A stretch of DNA of 44,494 nt from an uncultured Candidatus Saccharibacteria bacterium (GTDB taxonomy: Bacteria > Patescibacteriota > Minisyncoccia > Phycocordibacterales > UBA918). Both the position numbers and the translations under genes were made by a program. The notes beneath the pieces are model-generated. The model worked only from the letters and a program-made list of their open reading frames with translations. It did no database searches and had not been told where the DNA came from. This document shows, in pieces, positions 1-9,764 of the stretch. Position 1 is the first letter of the stretch, and every line of letters begins with the position of its first letter. The stretch lies in NCBI GenBank assembly GCA_964347215.1, contig CAYFXS010000001.1, positions 1 to 44,494 on the forward strand, written 5' to 3'.

Positions 1-533
1 TCTGGTTTAGGAATAGAAATATTAGCATGAGCAAACTGAGCCAACCCAGCCATAATAGCGAGTGGTAAGCTACGCTCTGCAATGTCCATCACCCCCAAAA
101 AGATCATGGAAATGGTTTCTGGTGAGGGAATAAACGAATAAAGTAGGGAAGTATTAATCTCCGGCAAAGCTACACCACCACCACTATAGACTGATAGATA
201 CAAAGCGATCATAATCGGAATCTGAAGAAAAACTTGAAAGATACTAGAAAATGGTTTGATCTCATATTTTTTGTAGACTTCCATCATCTGACGGTATTGC
301 TCTTGTTTATCCTCCACCTCTTCACGAAGTTTTTTAAGCTCCGGTTCAGCCAACCGCATTGCGGCCTGAGTCTTAGTGGCTTTAATAGAAAGTGGTAGCA
401 AGACAATTTTTACAAAAATTGTGATGGCAACAATCGCCAAACCAACATCACCCCCGGGGATAACACTAATAAAAAACACCAAACCGTTATAAATCGGATC
501 GAAAAAGAAATTGTGCCAAATTGAACTGAACAT
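1..533 (-). CDS. yidC: YidC/Oxa1-family membrane insertase, N-terminal part (the gene runs off the left edge of the window)
   Basis: A reverse-strand ATG at 533-531 opens a frame that stays open to position 1 (MFSSIWHNFFFDPIYNGLVFFISVIPGGDVGLAIVAITIFVKIVLLPLSIKATKTQAAMRLAEPELKKLREE...). It shows hydrophobic helices separated by a charged amphipathic segment. The position downstream of rpmH-rnpA is the canonical one. It is absent from the ORF track because there is no stop inside the window. Confidence 0.8.
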   Translation of the reverse strand, partial: MFSSIWHNFFFDPIYNGLVFFISVIPGGDVGLAIVAITIFVKIVLLPLSIKATKTQAAMRLAEPELKKLREEVEDKQEQYRQMMEVYKKYEIKPFSSIFQVFLQIPIMIALYLSVYSGGGVALPEINTSLLYSFIPSPETISMIFLGVMDIAERSLPLAIMAGLAQFAHANISIPKP

Positions 534-569
534 AAATTAAATAGTTAATATAGTGGTCGTCATTCTAAC

Positions 570-896
570 TTAGACTGACACTTTAGCCAACAATTCAGAA
601 ACTGACTTCACCACCTCTTTACCACCCAAGGTTGTTACCGATGGTTTAACTAGCACTATCAAAACCAATTTTACTTCGGTTTGTTGTTGATAATGGTAAA
701 GTGCTGCATAAATCTGCCTCCGTAATCTGTTTCTTCTGACTGCAGACTTAAAAACCTTCTTTCCAACCACTACTGCACCATGAAAATCATCAGCTGGAGC
801 ATACACTAACTGTACAAGAGGGGAGTGTAGTCTTTGACCAGTTTTAAAATATTGATCAAATTCTTTTTTAGTTAACCGTTGTCGCTTCTTTAACAT
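570..896 (-). CDS. rnpA: Ribonuclease P protein component
   Basis: A 108-aa basic protein (KKRQRLTKKEFDQYF..., RNRLRRQI) lies immediately downstream of rpmH, which is the conserved rpmH-rnpA-yidC order. Confidence 0.85.
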   Translation of the reverse strand: MLKKRQRLTKKEFDQYFKTGQRLHSPLVQLVYAPADDFHGAVVVGKKVFKSAVRRNRLRRQIYAALYHYQQQTEVKLVLIVLVKPSVTTLGGKEVVKSVSELLAKVSV

Positions 897-922
897 ATTT
901 TTAGTTTAAAGGTTTCTCTTAT

Positions 923-968
923 AAAAACAAAGAGCCGGCTGCCTACAGGCAGCCGGCTCTTTGTTTTT
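923..968. terminator. Perfect 21-bp hairpin with flanking A/T runs between rpmH and rnpA (attenuator or bidirectional terminator)
   Basis: aaaaacaaagagccggctgcc (923-943) and ggcagccggctctttgttttt (948-968) are exact reverse complements around the loop taca. Confidence 0.7.
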
Positions 969-972
969 AAAT

Positions 973-1122
973 CTATTTAGATTTCTTCACCGCCAATGAG
1001 GCTCGTCCTTTACGACGTCGGTTCTGTAGTACTCGAGAACCGGTTTTAGAAGCTGCACGCACTAAAAAACCATGAGTGGTCATACGCTTCTTTTGACTTG
1101 GTTGGTAAGTTCTTTTTGGCAT
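973..1122 (-). CDS. rpmH: 50S ribosomal protein L34
   Basis: Not in the ORF track because it is under 60 aa. The reverse-strand translation is [49 protein letters not shown]. The MKRT(Y/F)QPS...HGF motif is diagnostic of L34. Confidence 0.9.
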   Translation of the reverse strand: MPKRTYQPSQKKRMTTHGFLVRAASKTGSRVLQNRRRKGRASLAVKKSK

Positions 1123-1248
1123 ATTTAATATTTAGTGGCACAACTATACACTAGACTAAACTTTTTTCAAGTACTGATACAGTCATTTTAATAAAATCTT
1201 TATTAATGAAACTTATGCCTGTTTTAATGAAGAAGAGGTTGGAAAAGT

Positions 1249-1278
1249 TTATACACACCTATTCACAGGTTATACACA
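1249..1278 (+). promoter_or_regulatory. Three tandem DnaA-box-like 9-mers upstream of dnaA (oriC or dnaA autoregulatory region)
   Basis: The boxes are TTATACACA (1249-1257), CTATTCACA (1259-1267) and TTATACACA (1270-1278). All are in the same orientation and have 1-2 mismatches to TTATCCACA. They lie in the AT-rich rpmH-dnaA spacer. Confidence 0.6.
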
Positions 1279-1390
1279 GAAAGAAAAGGTTGCAGAAAAA
1301 ATCATTAGAAAAGGTTTCATAATTCCAAAAAAGTTTACACAGCTGATGGAACGGGTATAATGCTTCATACCTTAAAGAAATGTTTGCTAT

Positions 1391-2773
1391 ATGAGTTCAC
1401 TATCCCATCTATCTACTAACAATATTGTCCACACTGAACAAGTAGATGTAAAAAAGCTATGGGATGATGCATTGGTAAATATTGAACTATCAATTACTCC
1501 AGCCAACTTCAAAACTTGGTTTAAAGATACTCATATTGTATCCCTAGAAGATGGTGCTATTACTTTAGGAGTACCAAGTGTTTTTGTGCGAGACTGGTTA
1601 CAAGACAAATTCCAAACTATGGTACTGAAAACCCTACGTGAACTTACTCCACACGTGCGAAGTATCGAATACGCAGTAGTGCAACGCAACGACAAAAAAC
1701 AAGAAAGTAGTAAACAACAGACTGTTAACGCTGCTTTACCTCTCGAAGAGTACTACATCAACAAAAGTGACAACCTGAATCCAAAATACATTTTTGATAC
1801 TTTTGTAATTGGTCCTTTCAACGCTTTAGCACACACAGCCGCTAAAACCGTTAGTGAAAAACCAGGAATAACTTACAATCCATTGTTTATTTACGGTAAA
1901 ACTGGTCATGGTAAAACTCACCTCATCCAAGCGGTTGGTAACCAACTTAAAAAAGCAGGGAAGAAAGTATTTTATGTTACTAGTGAACGTTTTACTGTTG
2001 ACTACTTCAACTCACTGCAGAACGGTACAGCTAATAACTTCAAAGATAAGTACCGTCAGTATGATGTTTTAATCATGGATGATGTCCAGTTTTTAGCTAA
2101 TAAAGAGAAGACTCAGGAGGAATTATTCCACCTATTTAACGCTCTTCATGATAGTAATAAACAAATTGTTTTCTCAAGTGATATTCATCCAGCATTATTG
2201 TCTGGTTTAGAAGACCGTTTACGTTCACGGTTCGCACAAGGGATGATTGTTGATATTCCGGCTCCAGATATGGAATCACGAGCGGCCATCTTGCGTGCTA
2301 AAGCTGCTCAAAACAGTCTTTCATTGAATGAAGATGTTGTAGAACATCTTGCAAGCACTATTGAGGGAAACATTCGTGAACTAGAAGGGGCTCTCAACAC
2401 TATCATGTGTCAATCGCAACTAGTTGGACGAGCTCTATCACTTGATGAAGTAAAGACGATTATAAAAAATAGTACTCGACCACGAAAAACACTGGCTGTG
2501 TCTGATGTGGTGGATAAAGTAGCTCGATATTTTGATGTCGACCCATCTTCTATCTACGAAAAAACTCGCCGAAAAGAAATTGTTAAACCAAGACAGTTAA
2601 TTATGTACATTCTGCGTGAAGACTTCCAAGTGTCTTACCCAGCTATTGGACAGAAACTAGGAGGTAGGGATCACACAACTGTAATTCACTCTTGTGAGAA
2701 GATTAAAAATGATCTCAAAGACAACAACGACTTGGAGGAGGAGATCACACAGATTAGATTGTTGTTAAAATAA
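1391..2773 (+). CDS. dnaA: Chromosomal replication initiator protein DnaA
   Basis: It has an AAA+ Walker A (GKTGHGKTHL), a Walker B (VLIMDDVQF), the sensor/box VII region, and a C-terminal DNA-binding domain (GGRDHTTVIHSCEKI). Confidence 0.95.
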   Translation: MSSLSHLSTNNIVHTEQVDVKKLWDDALVNIELSITPANFKTWFKDTHIVSLEDGAITLGVPSVFVRDWLQDKFQTMVLKTLRELTPHVRSIEYAVVQRNDKKQESSKQQTVNAALPLEEYYINKSDNLNPKYIFDTFVIGPFNALAHTAAKTVSEKPGITYNPLFIYGKTGHGKTHLIQAVGNQLKKAGKKVFYVTSERFTVDYFNSLQNGTANNFKDKYRQYDVLIMDDVQFLANKEKTQEELFHLFNALHDSNKQIVFSSDIHPALLSGLEDRLRSRFAQGMIVDIPAPDMESRAAILRAKAAQNSLSLNEDVVEHLASTIEGNIRELEGALNTIMCQSQLVGRALSLDEVKTIIKNSTRPRKTLAVSDVVDKVARYFDVDPSSIYEKTRRKEIVKPRQLIMYILREDFQVSYPAIGQKLGGRDHTTVIHSCEKIKNDLKDNNDLEEEITQIRLLLK

Positions 2774-2804
2774 AAAGTGCGATCCAAAAAGATCGCACTT
2801 TTTA
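2772..2804 (+). terminator. Intrinsic terminator after dnaA
   Basis: Stem agtgcgatc (2776-2784) pairs with gatcgcact (2791-2799) and is followed by a T run. Confidence 0.7.
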
Positions 2805-3116
2805 TTTATTCGTCTAAAATAATCAGTTGTTAATAAGTTGGGTAAAAGTGTTAATAATTCACCAATTAAACTGTTGGTAAAGCTGCGGTAAAATGGTGAT
2901 GTTTGTTAAAAACTTTGGGGAAACTTTCAACTTATCAACATTTTTTGTTAAATTATTTTTTATCCCAATCTCTATTAACACTTATTAATCACAATACCCA
3001 GAAGTTATCCTAAAAAAATAATTTATTTAACTCTTAAAATAAACCATAAAATTCGATTTTCCACAGATCCACAGACCTAATAATAAAGAGTACAATAAGA
3101 AAACAAAAAAATAATT
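2805..3116. promoter_or_regulatory. AT-rich dnaA-dnaN spacer with DnaA-box-like sites (candidate oriC/DUE half)
   Basis: The sites are TTATCAACA (2932-2940), TTTTCCACA (3057-3065) and AGATCCACA (3065-3073), plus weaker TTATCC-type sites at 2959-2967 and 3005-3013. The surrounding sequence is very AT-rich. Confidence 0.55.
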
Positions 3117-4211
3117 ATGCACATCACTTTAGACAAAGATCAGTTTTTATCACAACTTGAGTTAGCACAAAAAATAAGCACTAAACATGCAACACTGCCG
3201 GTTCTGCAATGTGTTTTACTTGAAGCAAAAGAAAATAAATTAAATATAAGAGCTACTAATTTAGAAATTGGTCTAGAGTCTAGTTTGGATGGAAAAATCG
3301 AAGAGGAAGGAAAAATAGCGGTACCAGCTACCACTCTAACTCAAACTATCTCTTTTGTTTCTAGTAAGGACGTAGTTCTAAAAATTGAAGAAGGAGTTTT
3401 GGTTGTTGAAGGTAATAATTCTGAAACCACTATCAAATCAATTCCTCATGATGAGTTTCCTAGTATTCCACAAATAGAAGTTGAAGGTCAGGTTCTACAG
3501 AAAGAATTATTTTCTTTAGGAATTAAAACAGCAGCAGTTGCAGCTAGTGTTTCTTCTATTAAACCAGAGTTAGGGAGTGTTTATATTAATCAAAAAAAAG
3601 AACACACGTTAACTTTTGTTGCCACAGACTCTTTTCGTTTAATGGAAAAAACAGTTCCACAAAAAGGAGTAGTTTTAGATGATCCAATTATGATTCCTTA
3701 TAAAAACGCTCTAGAAATGGCCCGGGTTTGTGATAGTAAAGATGAAGAAGTTGTTTTTAAGGTAAATGAAAATCAATGTGCTTTATTATTTAGTGATGGT
3801 TTGTACATAACATCAAGATTAACAACTGGATCTTTTCCTGATTATCAGCAAATTATTCCTAAAGAGTACTCAACCCATACGAATTTATTACGACAAGATC
3901 TACAAAACACATTTAAAAAAACCAATATCTTTTTAAATAAATTCTTACAAGTAACCCTACATATCGACAAAGAATCATTAACTATCTCTGCTAATAGTGG
4001 AGAAGTTGGTAATACAACAGAGTCGATTAGAGCTCAGTCACAAGGAGATGATTTAACTTTAAGTTTTAACCAAAGATATTTATCAGAACCACTTAATCAT
4101 ATTAGTGATGATAGTCTTGAGTTACATTTTGCTGGAATAGGTCGCCCACTGGTTCTTAATGGGGTTAATGATTCAACTTTACGTTACTTAGTGATGCCGA
4201 TGAATAAATAA
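3117..4211 (+). CDS. dnaN: DNA polymerase III beta sliding clamp
   Basis: It is 364 aa and lies directly after dnaA. The N-terminus (LPVLQCVLLEAKENKLNIRATNLEIG) and the C-terminal end (RPLVL...YLVMPM) are typical of beta clamps. Confidence 0.93.
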   Translation: MHITLDKDQFLSQLELAQKISTKHATLPVLQCVLLEAKENKLNIRATNLEIGLESSLDGKIEEEGKIAVPATTLTQTISFVSSKDVVLKIEEGVLVVEGNNSETTIKSIPHDEFPSIPQIEVEGQVLQKELFSLGIKTAAVAASVSSIKPELGSVYINQKKEHTLTFVATDSFRLMEKTVPQKGVVLDDPIMIPYKNALEMARVCDSKDEEVVFKVNENQCALLFSDGLYITSRLTTGSFPDYQQIIPKEYSTHTNLLRQDLQNTFKKTNIFLNKFLQVTLHIDKESLTISANSGEVGNTTESIRAQSQGDDLTLSFNQRYLSEPLNHISDDSLELHFAGIGRPLVLNGVNDSTLRYLVMPMNK

Positions 4212-4393
4212 ATTAACGAGCGGAAGCGACTATAATTTACTTAGTTCCGAATTTTTGACTTTTTCCCGCCAAAAATTCCTGGAACACAGAGTTTATAAAG
4301 TGAATTTTAATAAACTTATATTTTTTATTACCTCTCGATCTGTATCCAAAATATAACTATTTATCAACTTAAAATATTTAAAATAAAAAACTT

Positions 4394-4681
4394 ATGCCGC
4401 GTGGCGAAGGAATTAAAAAACTCTCAGACTTATTTGTTAAATATCAAAACACTTTAAAAGCACCACAAGGTTCAGTAGTGAAAGAATTTTGTGAAGTAGT
4501 GGAAGATATTTTAGATATTACAGTCAATAAAGATGAGGTAAGTTTCAATACTGCCAACAAAACGATTGTTTTGAAATGTTCAGGAGTGATTAAGTCTGAG
4601 ATTAAATTACACAAAAAAGAAGTAATGAATCATCTCAAAGGACGTTTAGGGGTTTCAAGTGCTCCTAAGGAAATTATTTAA
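4394..4681 (+). CDS. Small DUF721/DciA-like protein (tentative)
   Basis: It is 95 aa and lies in the origin-proximal position where DUF721 proteins are common. The pattern (KTIVLKCSGVIKSEIKLHKKEVMNHLKGRLG) resembles the DUF721 strand/helix core. The assignment rests on pattern only. Confidence 0.4.
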   Translation: MPRGEGIKKLSDLFVKYQNTLKAPQGSVVKEFCEVVEDILDITVNKDEVSFNTANKTIVLKCSGVIKSEIKLHKKEVMNHLKGRLGVSSAPKEII

Positions 4682-6888
4682 TCATTCTCATTCTCATTTT
4701 CTTCCTCATTTTCTGTATTTAATAGACCACCAAATTGTTCTTTTTTCCATTCTTGTACAGCATATTCCCAATTTTTATACTGAGGATCATTTTCAGGGTT
4801 TGGTGGGTAAGGACCATTAGGATCATTTTTGATTACAAAATGGAGAATATTATGTATACCTGATGTTACATCTAAACTTTCTATTGAACTACTACCAGAA
4901 TGAATATTTTTAATTAGATTGGCCGCATCAACTACACTACCTTGTAAAATAGGCTTAGAGCTAGTGTCAGTTACTGGAGCTTCAGCAAAATTCTGTTCTT
5001 CAATTTTTTGTAACGCCACATCCATAAATGCGCGCCACATTGGGGTGGTAATTAAACCAGAAAGACCCCCACCCATTTCTGTGTTGTTGTTATTACCAAC
5101 CCAAGCACCAACTGCTAAATTAGGTGTGTAACCCATAATCCATGCATCTCTTAAATTATTAGTACTACCACTTTTAGCAGCCACATCCCGGTCAGGGAAG
5201 TGTACTAATGAGTTGTATCCCCATAACGGTGCACGAGCATTATTATCAGAAAGAACATCAGTTACTTTAAGAGCAGTGTCACGATCCATAACCCGTCTTG
5301 ATTGAGGTATAAATTCTTCAATAATGTTACCTGAAGCGTCTTCAACTCTTAAAATTGTTCGACGATCCACCTTAACTCCTTCATTAGCAAAAACACCATA
5401 AGCACCCGTGTGTTCTAGTAATTTAACTTCACCACCACCAAGTACTAAAGTTAAACCAAGTCTGTCCGGGTCATTTAGTGTGGTGATACCCATATCGTTT
5501 GTTAATTTAATAGCGTCTTTAAGACCAGTTAAATAAAGTGTTTTAACTGCTGGAATATTTAATGATTGTGCCAATGAGTTACGAAGATTAATAGGCCCTT
5601 TAAACTTACCGTTATAGTTATTTGGTGAATAACAAGGAGATTCTGATTCCCAACTCCATTCATCACAAGTAGAACCAAACTGAGTTTTTACATCATAAAC
5701 TACTGTGTCTGGAGTGTATCCTTTTTGAAAAGCTGAAGCATAAACCATTGGTTTAATTGATGATCCTGGTTGTCTGGGGGCTAAAGTTACATTGAAGTTA
5801 CCATCAATTTCTTTATCAAAATAATCACGCGAACCAACCATCACTAAAACATCACCTTCTTGAGGGTTGATTGCTACTAAACCTGCGTTAGTGGCATTAA
5901 ATTTTTCTGTGTTTTCAGCTGCTTTTTCAGCTACAATCCTCTCCGCTTCTTGTTGTAGTTCCCAGTCTAATGAGGTTATAACTCGGAATCCTTTTTCAGC
6001 TAATGCTTCTTCACCATATTTTTCCACCAATTGTTCTCGTACATACATCACAAAATGAGGGGCACGTATACCTGTTACAGCTTGTGGTTGAAACTCTACT
6101 GTTTCCTCTTTAGCTTCGTTGTACTCTTCTTCAGTTATAAAGCCATTTATTTGCATTCTTTTTAGTACTAACTGAGCTCGATCATCCAAAGCATCACGAT
6201 TGTTACCATAAGGGGAAAGGTAGGTAGGGGCCTGAGGTAGAGCTGCTAGATAAGCTGCTTCAGAGAGGTTTATATTACTAGCTGATTTACCAAAAAATGC
6301 TTGTGAAGCTTCTTCTACACCATAAATAGTTCCACCATAAGGTGATTCGTTTAAGTAGTGAGAAAGAATTTCTTCTTTTGTTAAAACTTGTTCTAACCGT
6401 AGAGCCAGAATAGCCTCTTTAACTTTTCGTTGTAATCTTTTCTCACTTTCTAGAATAGAGTTCTTCACCACTTGTTGAGTGATAGTTGAACCACCTTGCC
6501 CTCCTAATAGATCACCAGATGTGAAGTTTGAGACAGCGGCTCGAATAATAGCTCTAATATCAACCCCAAAATGGTTGTAAAATTGATCATCTTCAATAGC
6601 AACTGTGGCATTCTTAATATGATAAGAAATGTCTTCAAATGGAATGATTGTACGTTTTACATCTGTGTGTAGATCATAAAGTAAAATCTCTCCAGTTCGA
6701 TCGTAGATTTTAGTTGACTGAAGAACTCTTCTTTGTTCAAAAGCCGACAAATCAGGAATTTCTAAAGTTGAAACCCAAATAAATACACCACCAGCCGCTA
6801 AGAGCCCTAAAACAAAAAAACTTAAAAAAGTATCAATAATGATGTCTTTCCAGTGTTTTTTAAACCATTTCTTAGTTTTTTTCAGCAT
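4678..6888 (-). CDS. Class A penicillin-binding protein (bifunctional glycosyltransferase/transpeptidase)
   Basis: It has an N-terminal TM helix. The GT51 motifs are EDDQFYNHFG and GGSTITQQVVKN. The transpeptidase motifs are SSIKP (SxxK), SLN and KSGST (KTG-type). The C-terminal tail is acidic and Asn/Glu-rich. Confidence 0.9.
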   Translation of the reverse strand: MLKKTKKWFKKHWKDIIIDTFLSFFVLGLLAAGGVFIWVSTLEIPDLSAFEQRRVLQSTKIYDRTGEILLYDLHTDVKRTIIPFEDISYHIKNATVAIEDDQFYNHFGVDIRAIIRAAVSNFTSGDLLGGQGGSTITQQVVKNSILESEKRLQRKVKEAILALRLEQVLTKEEILSHYLNESPYGGTIYGVEEASQAFFGKSASNINLSEAAYLAALPQAPTYLSPYGNNRDALDDRAQLVLKRMQINGFITEEEYNEAKEETVEFQPQAVTGIRAPHFVMYVREQLVEKYGEEALAEKGFRVITSLDWELQQEAERIVAEKAAENTEKFNATNAGLVAINPQEGDVLVMVGSRDYFDKEIDGNFNVTLAPRQPGSSIKPMVYASAFQKGYTPDTVVYDVKTQFGSTCDEWSWESESPCYSPNNYNGKFKGPINLRNSLAQSLNIPAVKTLYLTGLKDAIKLTNDMGITTLNDPDRLGLTLVLGGGEVKLLEHTGAYGVFANEGVKVDRRTILRVEDASGNIIEEFIPQSRRVMDRDTALKVTDVLSDNNARAPLWGYNSLVHFPDRDVAAKSGSTNNLRDAWIMGYTPNLAVGAWVGNNNNTEMGGGLSGLITTPMWRAFMDVALQKIEEQNFAEAPVTDTSSKPILQGSVVDAANLIKNIHSGSSSIESLDVTSGIHNILHFVIKNDPNGPYPPNPENDPQYKNWEYAVQEWKKEQFGGLLNTENEEENENEND

Positions 6889-6980
6889 AATTATCGTTAT
6901 AAAAACAATAGTAGCACGAGTTGTCTAGCTATAATGTTACGTTCTGTGTGGTAAAGTTATTTCAATAATTTTAAAGATGT

Positions 6981-8225
6981 ATGACACTTTCAGAAGAACT
7001 TAAAGCTCGTGGTTTTATTAATCAACATACAGGAGAATCGATAGCTGATGTGTTGGATAGTGAAAAAAGAATTGTCTATCACGGTATTGATCCAACAGCT
7101 GATTCAGCACACGCAGGTAACTTTGTAGCATGGGTACTTTTAAATCATTTAACTAAAAATGGCCACAAGGTGATTTTTCTTGTTGGTGGTGGCACAGGAA
7201 TGATTGGCGATCCTAAACCAGACGCTGAAAGAACCTTACAAACTCCTGAACAAATAGAAGAGAGTGTGTCAAAAATCAAATCTCAAGCGGAAAGGTTAGT
7301 AGGACAAGGTGAGAGTATTACTTTTGTAAACAATGCAGATTGGCTTTTAAAAGAAGGTTTAATTAGTTTCTTACGTGATATTGGAAAAAACTTCACCGTT
7401 AATGAATTAATTAAAAAAGAAGCGATTGCTAACCGTATGGAAGGGGAAGTGGGTATTTCTTATACAGAGTTTGCTTACCCGTTGTTGCAAGCTTTTGATT
7501 ACCTAACTCTTAATCGTGAGTATGGTTGTGATCTTCAAGTTGGGGGTTCTGATCAGTGGGGAAATATTGTAGCTGGGGTGGATTTGATTCGTCGTAAAGA
7601 AAAGAAGGTGGTGCATGCTCTTACAGTGCCATTGGTTATTGATAAGGCAACAGGTAAGAAGTTTGGTAAAAGTGAAGGTAACGCTGTTTGGCTAGACGCT
7701 GAGAAGACTACTCCATATAAATTTTATCAATTTTGGCTTAATTCCTCAGACGAAAGTGTGATTGATTATTTAAAACTATTTACTTTTATTTCTCTAGAGG
7801 AGATTGAGACTATTGAAATTGAATTTAGGGCTGATCCTGGTTCACGTTCAGCTCAAAAGAGGTTGGCTTTTGAAGTGACAAAATTTGTTCATAATGAAGA
7901 ATCTGCCAAAGCTGCCGAAAGAGCATCGGCAGCTTTATTTGGAGAAGTTTCTTTTTCTGATCTAAGTTCAGAAGAGGTTTCCATAATTAAGAACAATGCT
8001 CCGTATGCTGAAGTGTCTGAAGGTTCTGGTTTAGTGGAAGCTTTGGTTTCAGCTGAGTTGGCTTCAAGTAAAAGAGAGGCGCGTACTTTTGTTGAAGGTG
8101 GTGCGATTCTTGTAAACGGAAATAAGATTGAGGATGTTGAAACTGTTTTAGATGGTTCTTCGTTAGGTAAAGATCTTCTTATTAAGAGAGGGAAGAAGCA
8201 GTTTGCGGTTGTAACACTGGTGTAA
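6981..8225 (+). CDS. tyrS: Tyrosine--tRNA ligase
   Basis: It has a class I HIGH-type motif (DPTADSAHAGN), a KMSKS-type motif (KFGKS), GGSDQWGN, and a C-terminal S4-like domain. Confidence 0.92.
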   Translation: MTLSEELKARGFINQHTGESIADVLDSEKRIVYHGIDPTADSAHAGNFVAWVLLNHLTKNGHKVIFLVGGGTGMIGDPKPDAERTLQTPEQIEESVSKIKSQAERLVGQGESITFVNNADWLLKEGLISFLRDIGKNFTVNELIKKEAIANRMEGEVGISYTEFAYPLLQAFDYLTLNREYGCDLQVGGSDQWGNIVAGVDLIRRKEKKVVHALTVPLVIDKATGKKFGKSEGNAVWLDAEKTTPYKFYQFWLNSSDESVIDYLKLFTFISLEEIETIEIEFRADPGSRSAQKRLAFEVTKFVHNEESAKAAERASAALFGEVSFSDLSSEEVSIIKNNAPYAEVSEGSGLVEALVSAELASSKREARTFVEGGAILVNGNKIEDVETVLDGSSLGKDLLIKRGKKQFAVVTLV

Positions 8226-8226
8226 G

Positions 8227-8270
8227 AAATTATAAAAACCCGCGGGTATGCCCGCGGGTTTTTATAATTT
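8227..8270. terminator. Bidirectional terminator between the convergent tyrS and the acidic-protein gene
   Basis: A perfect 20-bp palindrome: aaattataaaaacccgcggg (8227-8246) and cccgcgggtttttataattt (8251-8270). Confidence 0.8.
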
Positions 8271-8271
8271 C

Positions 8272-8538
8272 CTACATCTCATCTACATCATCAAAACGAT
8301 CGTAATCCATTTCCTCAGCGTCGTCTTCTAGTTCATCATCGTCTTCCTCCTCCTCTTCATCCTCCTCCTCGTCCTCATTTTCATCGATGTGACCGAAGCC
8401 TTCAGCGTCGTCATCTTCAACATCGTCATTGTCGCCAATTTCATCTAAAACATCATCATCTAGACTGGTGTCAGTATCATCCATTTCCTCTTCTTCATTT
8501 AGCTCATCGTCATTAAATGTGTCTGTAAAAAAGATCAT
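8272..8538 (-). CDS. Hypothetical, extremely acidic (Asp/Glu-rich) 88-aa protein
   Basis: It is an open frame at the end of the ruvB-yebC-ruvC transcription unit and is immediately followed by the terminator. Its low-complexity composition makes coding status less certain. Confidence 0.5.
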   Translation of the reverse strand: MIFFTDTFNDDELNEEEEMDDTDTSLDDDVLDEIGDNDDVEDDDAEGFGHIDENEDEEEDEEEEEDDDELEDDAEEMDYDRFDDVDEM

Positions 8539-8665
8539 ATACTTCTTAATTAATTATTTGTAATAAGTTTTATCAAAGTTAAAAAAAAATGCAATAACCA
8601 ATTTTGGTTGGCAAAGATTTTAACGATTTTGTTTTAAATGAGCAACCTGTTAATAATTTTTCCCA

Positions 8666-9139
8666 TTAATTTCGATGGTGTGCAAGGGTGGTTATAGCGA
8701 CAGCAATAGCATCATATTCATCGTCTAAAGCTTTTTCAGGTACTTCATACACTAATCTTTTCACCATATCTATCACTGCGTTCTTATCACTTTTCCCATA
8801 ACCTGTTACTGCTATTTTTATTTCTTGGGGACCAAATTCACAGACAGTGGCACCAAATTCTTTTGCTAAAAACATCACTATCCCTCTAGCTTGAGCGACT
8901 CCAATAGCAGTTTTTACATTTTTATTAAAAAATAATGTTTCGATACCAACTAAATCAGGTCTATGTTCAGCTAAGAGTTTTTTAAATTCACCACCAATAA
9001 CAAATAATCTTTCTTCCAAACTAGACTGTTTGTCAGTTTCTATACAGTTTGAATAAATTAGGTTTTCACGACCACTACCATTGTCTAAAACCGCTACCCC
9101 CATTCGGTCATATCCTGGATCTACAGCTAAAACTTTCAT
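8666..9139 (-). CDS. ruvC: Holliday junction resolvase RuvC
   Basis: The N-terminus MKVLAVDPGYDRMGVAVL is RNase H-like with a catalytic Asp. The C-terminal DEYDAIAVAI motif is also present. Confidence 0.9.
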   Translation of the reverse strand: MKVLAVDPGYDRMGVAVLDNGSGRENLIYSNCIETDKQSSLEERLFVIGGEFKKLLAEHRPDLVGIETLFFNKNVKTAIGVAQARGIVMFLAKEFGATVCEFGPQEIKIAVTGYGKSDKNAVIDMVKRLVYEVPEKALDDEYDAIAVAITTLAHHRN

Positions 9140-9190
9140 CTTAGTAAGAATATCATAAGAAAAAAGACCGATCTTACTCGGTCTTTTTTC

Positions 9191-9733
9191 TTATTCATCT
9201 TTAGTGTCAGCGGCTGTGTAGACGTCGGTTACGTCATCTAGGTCTTCCAATTTTTCTATAAACTCAGCTAGTTTTTCACCAGTGGCATCATCTAGTTCCA
9301 TAGGGGTGGTTGGAATATAAACTCCGTCATTTTTTTCAAAAGCCCATGAAGCACTGCCGGGTGTTCCCATTTCCAAACCAGCTTTAGAGAAAGTGCTTCG
9401 CACTTCAGCTGAAGTGCGGTTATTGTTGTCAGTAACAGCTTGAATCAGCATGGCTACGCCGCCTGGACCGTAACCTTCGAACATTACTTCTTCCAAGGCT
9501 GCTCCTCCAGTGCCAGCGCCTTTAGCAACTGCTCGTTCAATGTTGTCTTTAGGCATTGAATCTTTTTTGGCTCGCTCGATAGCGGCAGCTAATCCTGGTG
9601 AGGCGGTATCACCACCAGCCTTACGACTTTCCATGGCAATAACAGCTGAGTGTTTAGAAAAAACTTTACTACGAGCTGCATCAGTAGCAGCTTTTTTGTG
9701 TTTGATCTTGCTCCATTTATTATGTCCTGACAT
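9191..9733 (-). CDS. YebC/PmpR-family transcriptional regulator (short form, 180 aa)
   Basis: The signature MSGHNKWSKIKHKKAATDAARSKVF...MPKDNIERA...EGYGPGGVA is typical of the family. It is shorter than the usual ~240 aa. Confidence 0.85.
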   Translation of the reverse strand: MSGHNKWSKIKHKKAATDAARSKVFSKHSAVIAMESRKAGGDTASPGLAAAIERAKKDSMPKDNIERAVAKGAGTGGAALEEVMFEGYGPGGVAMLIQAVTDNNNRTSAEVRSTFSKAGLEMGTPGSASWAFEKNDGVYIPTTPMELDDATGEKLAEFIEKLEDLDDVTDVYTAADTKDE

Positions 9734-9764
9734 ACTTGTTTTGATTATTTAAAGAATAGGTTAA

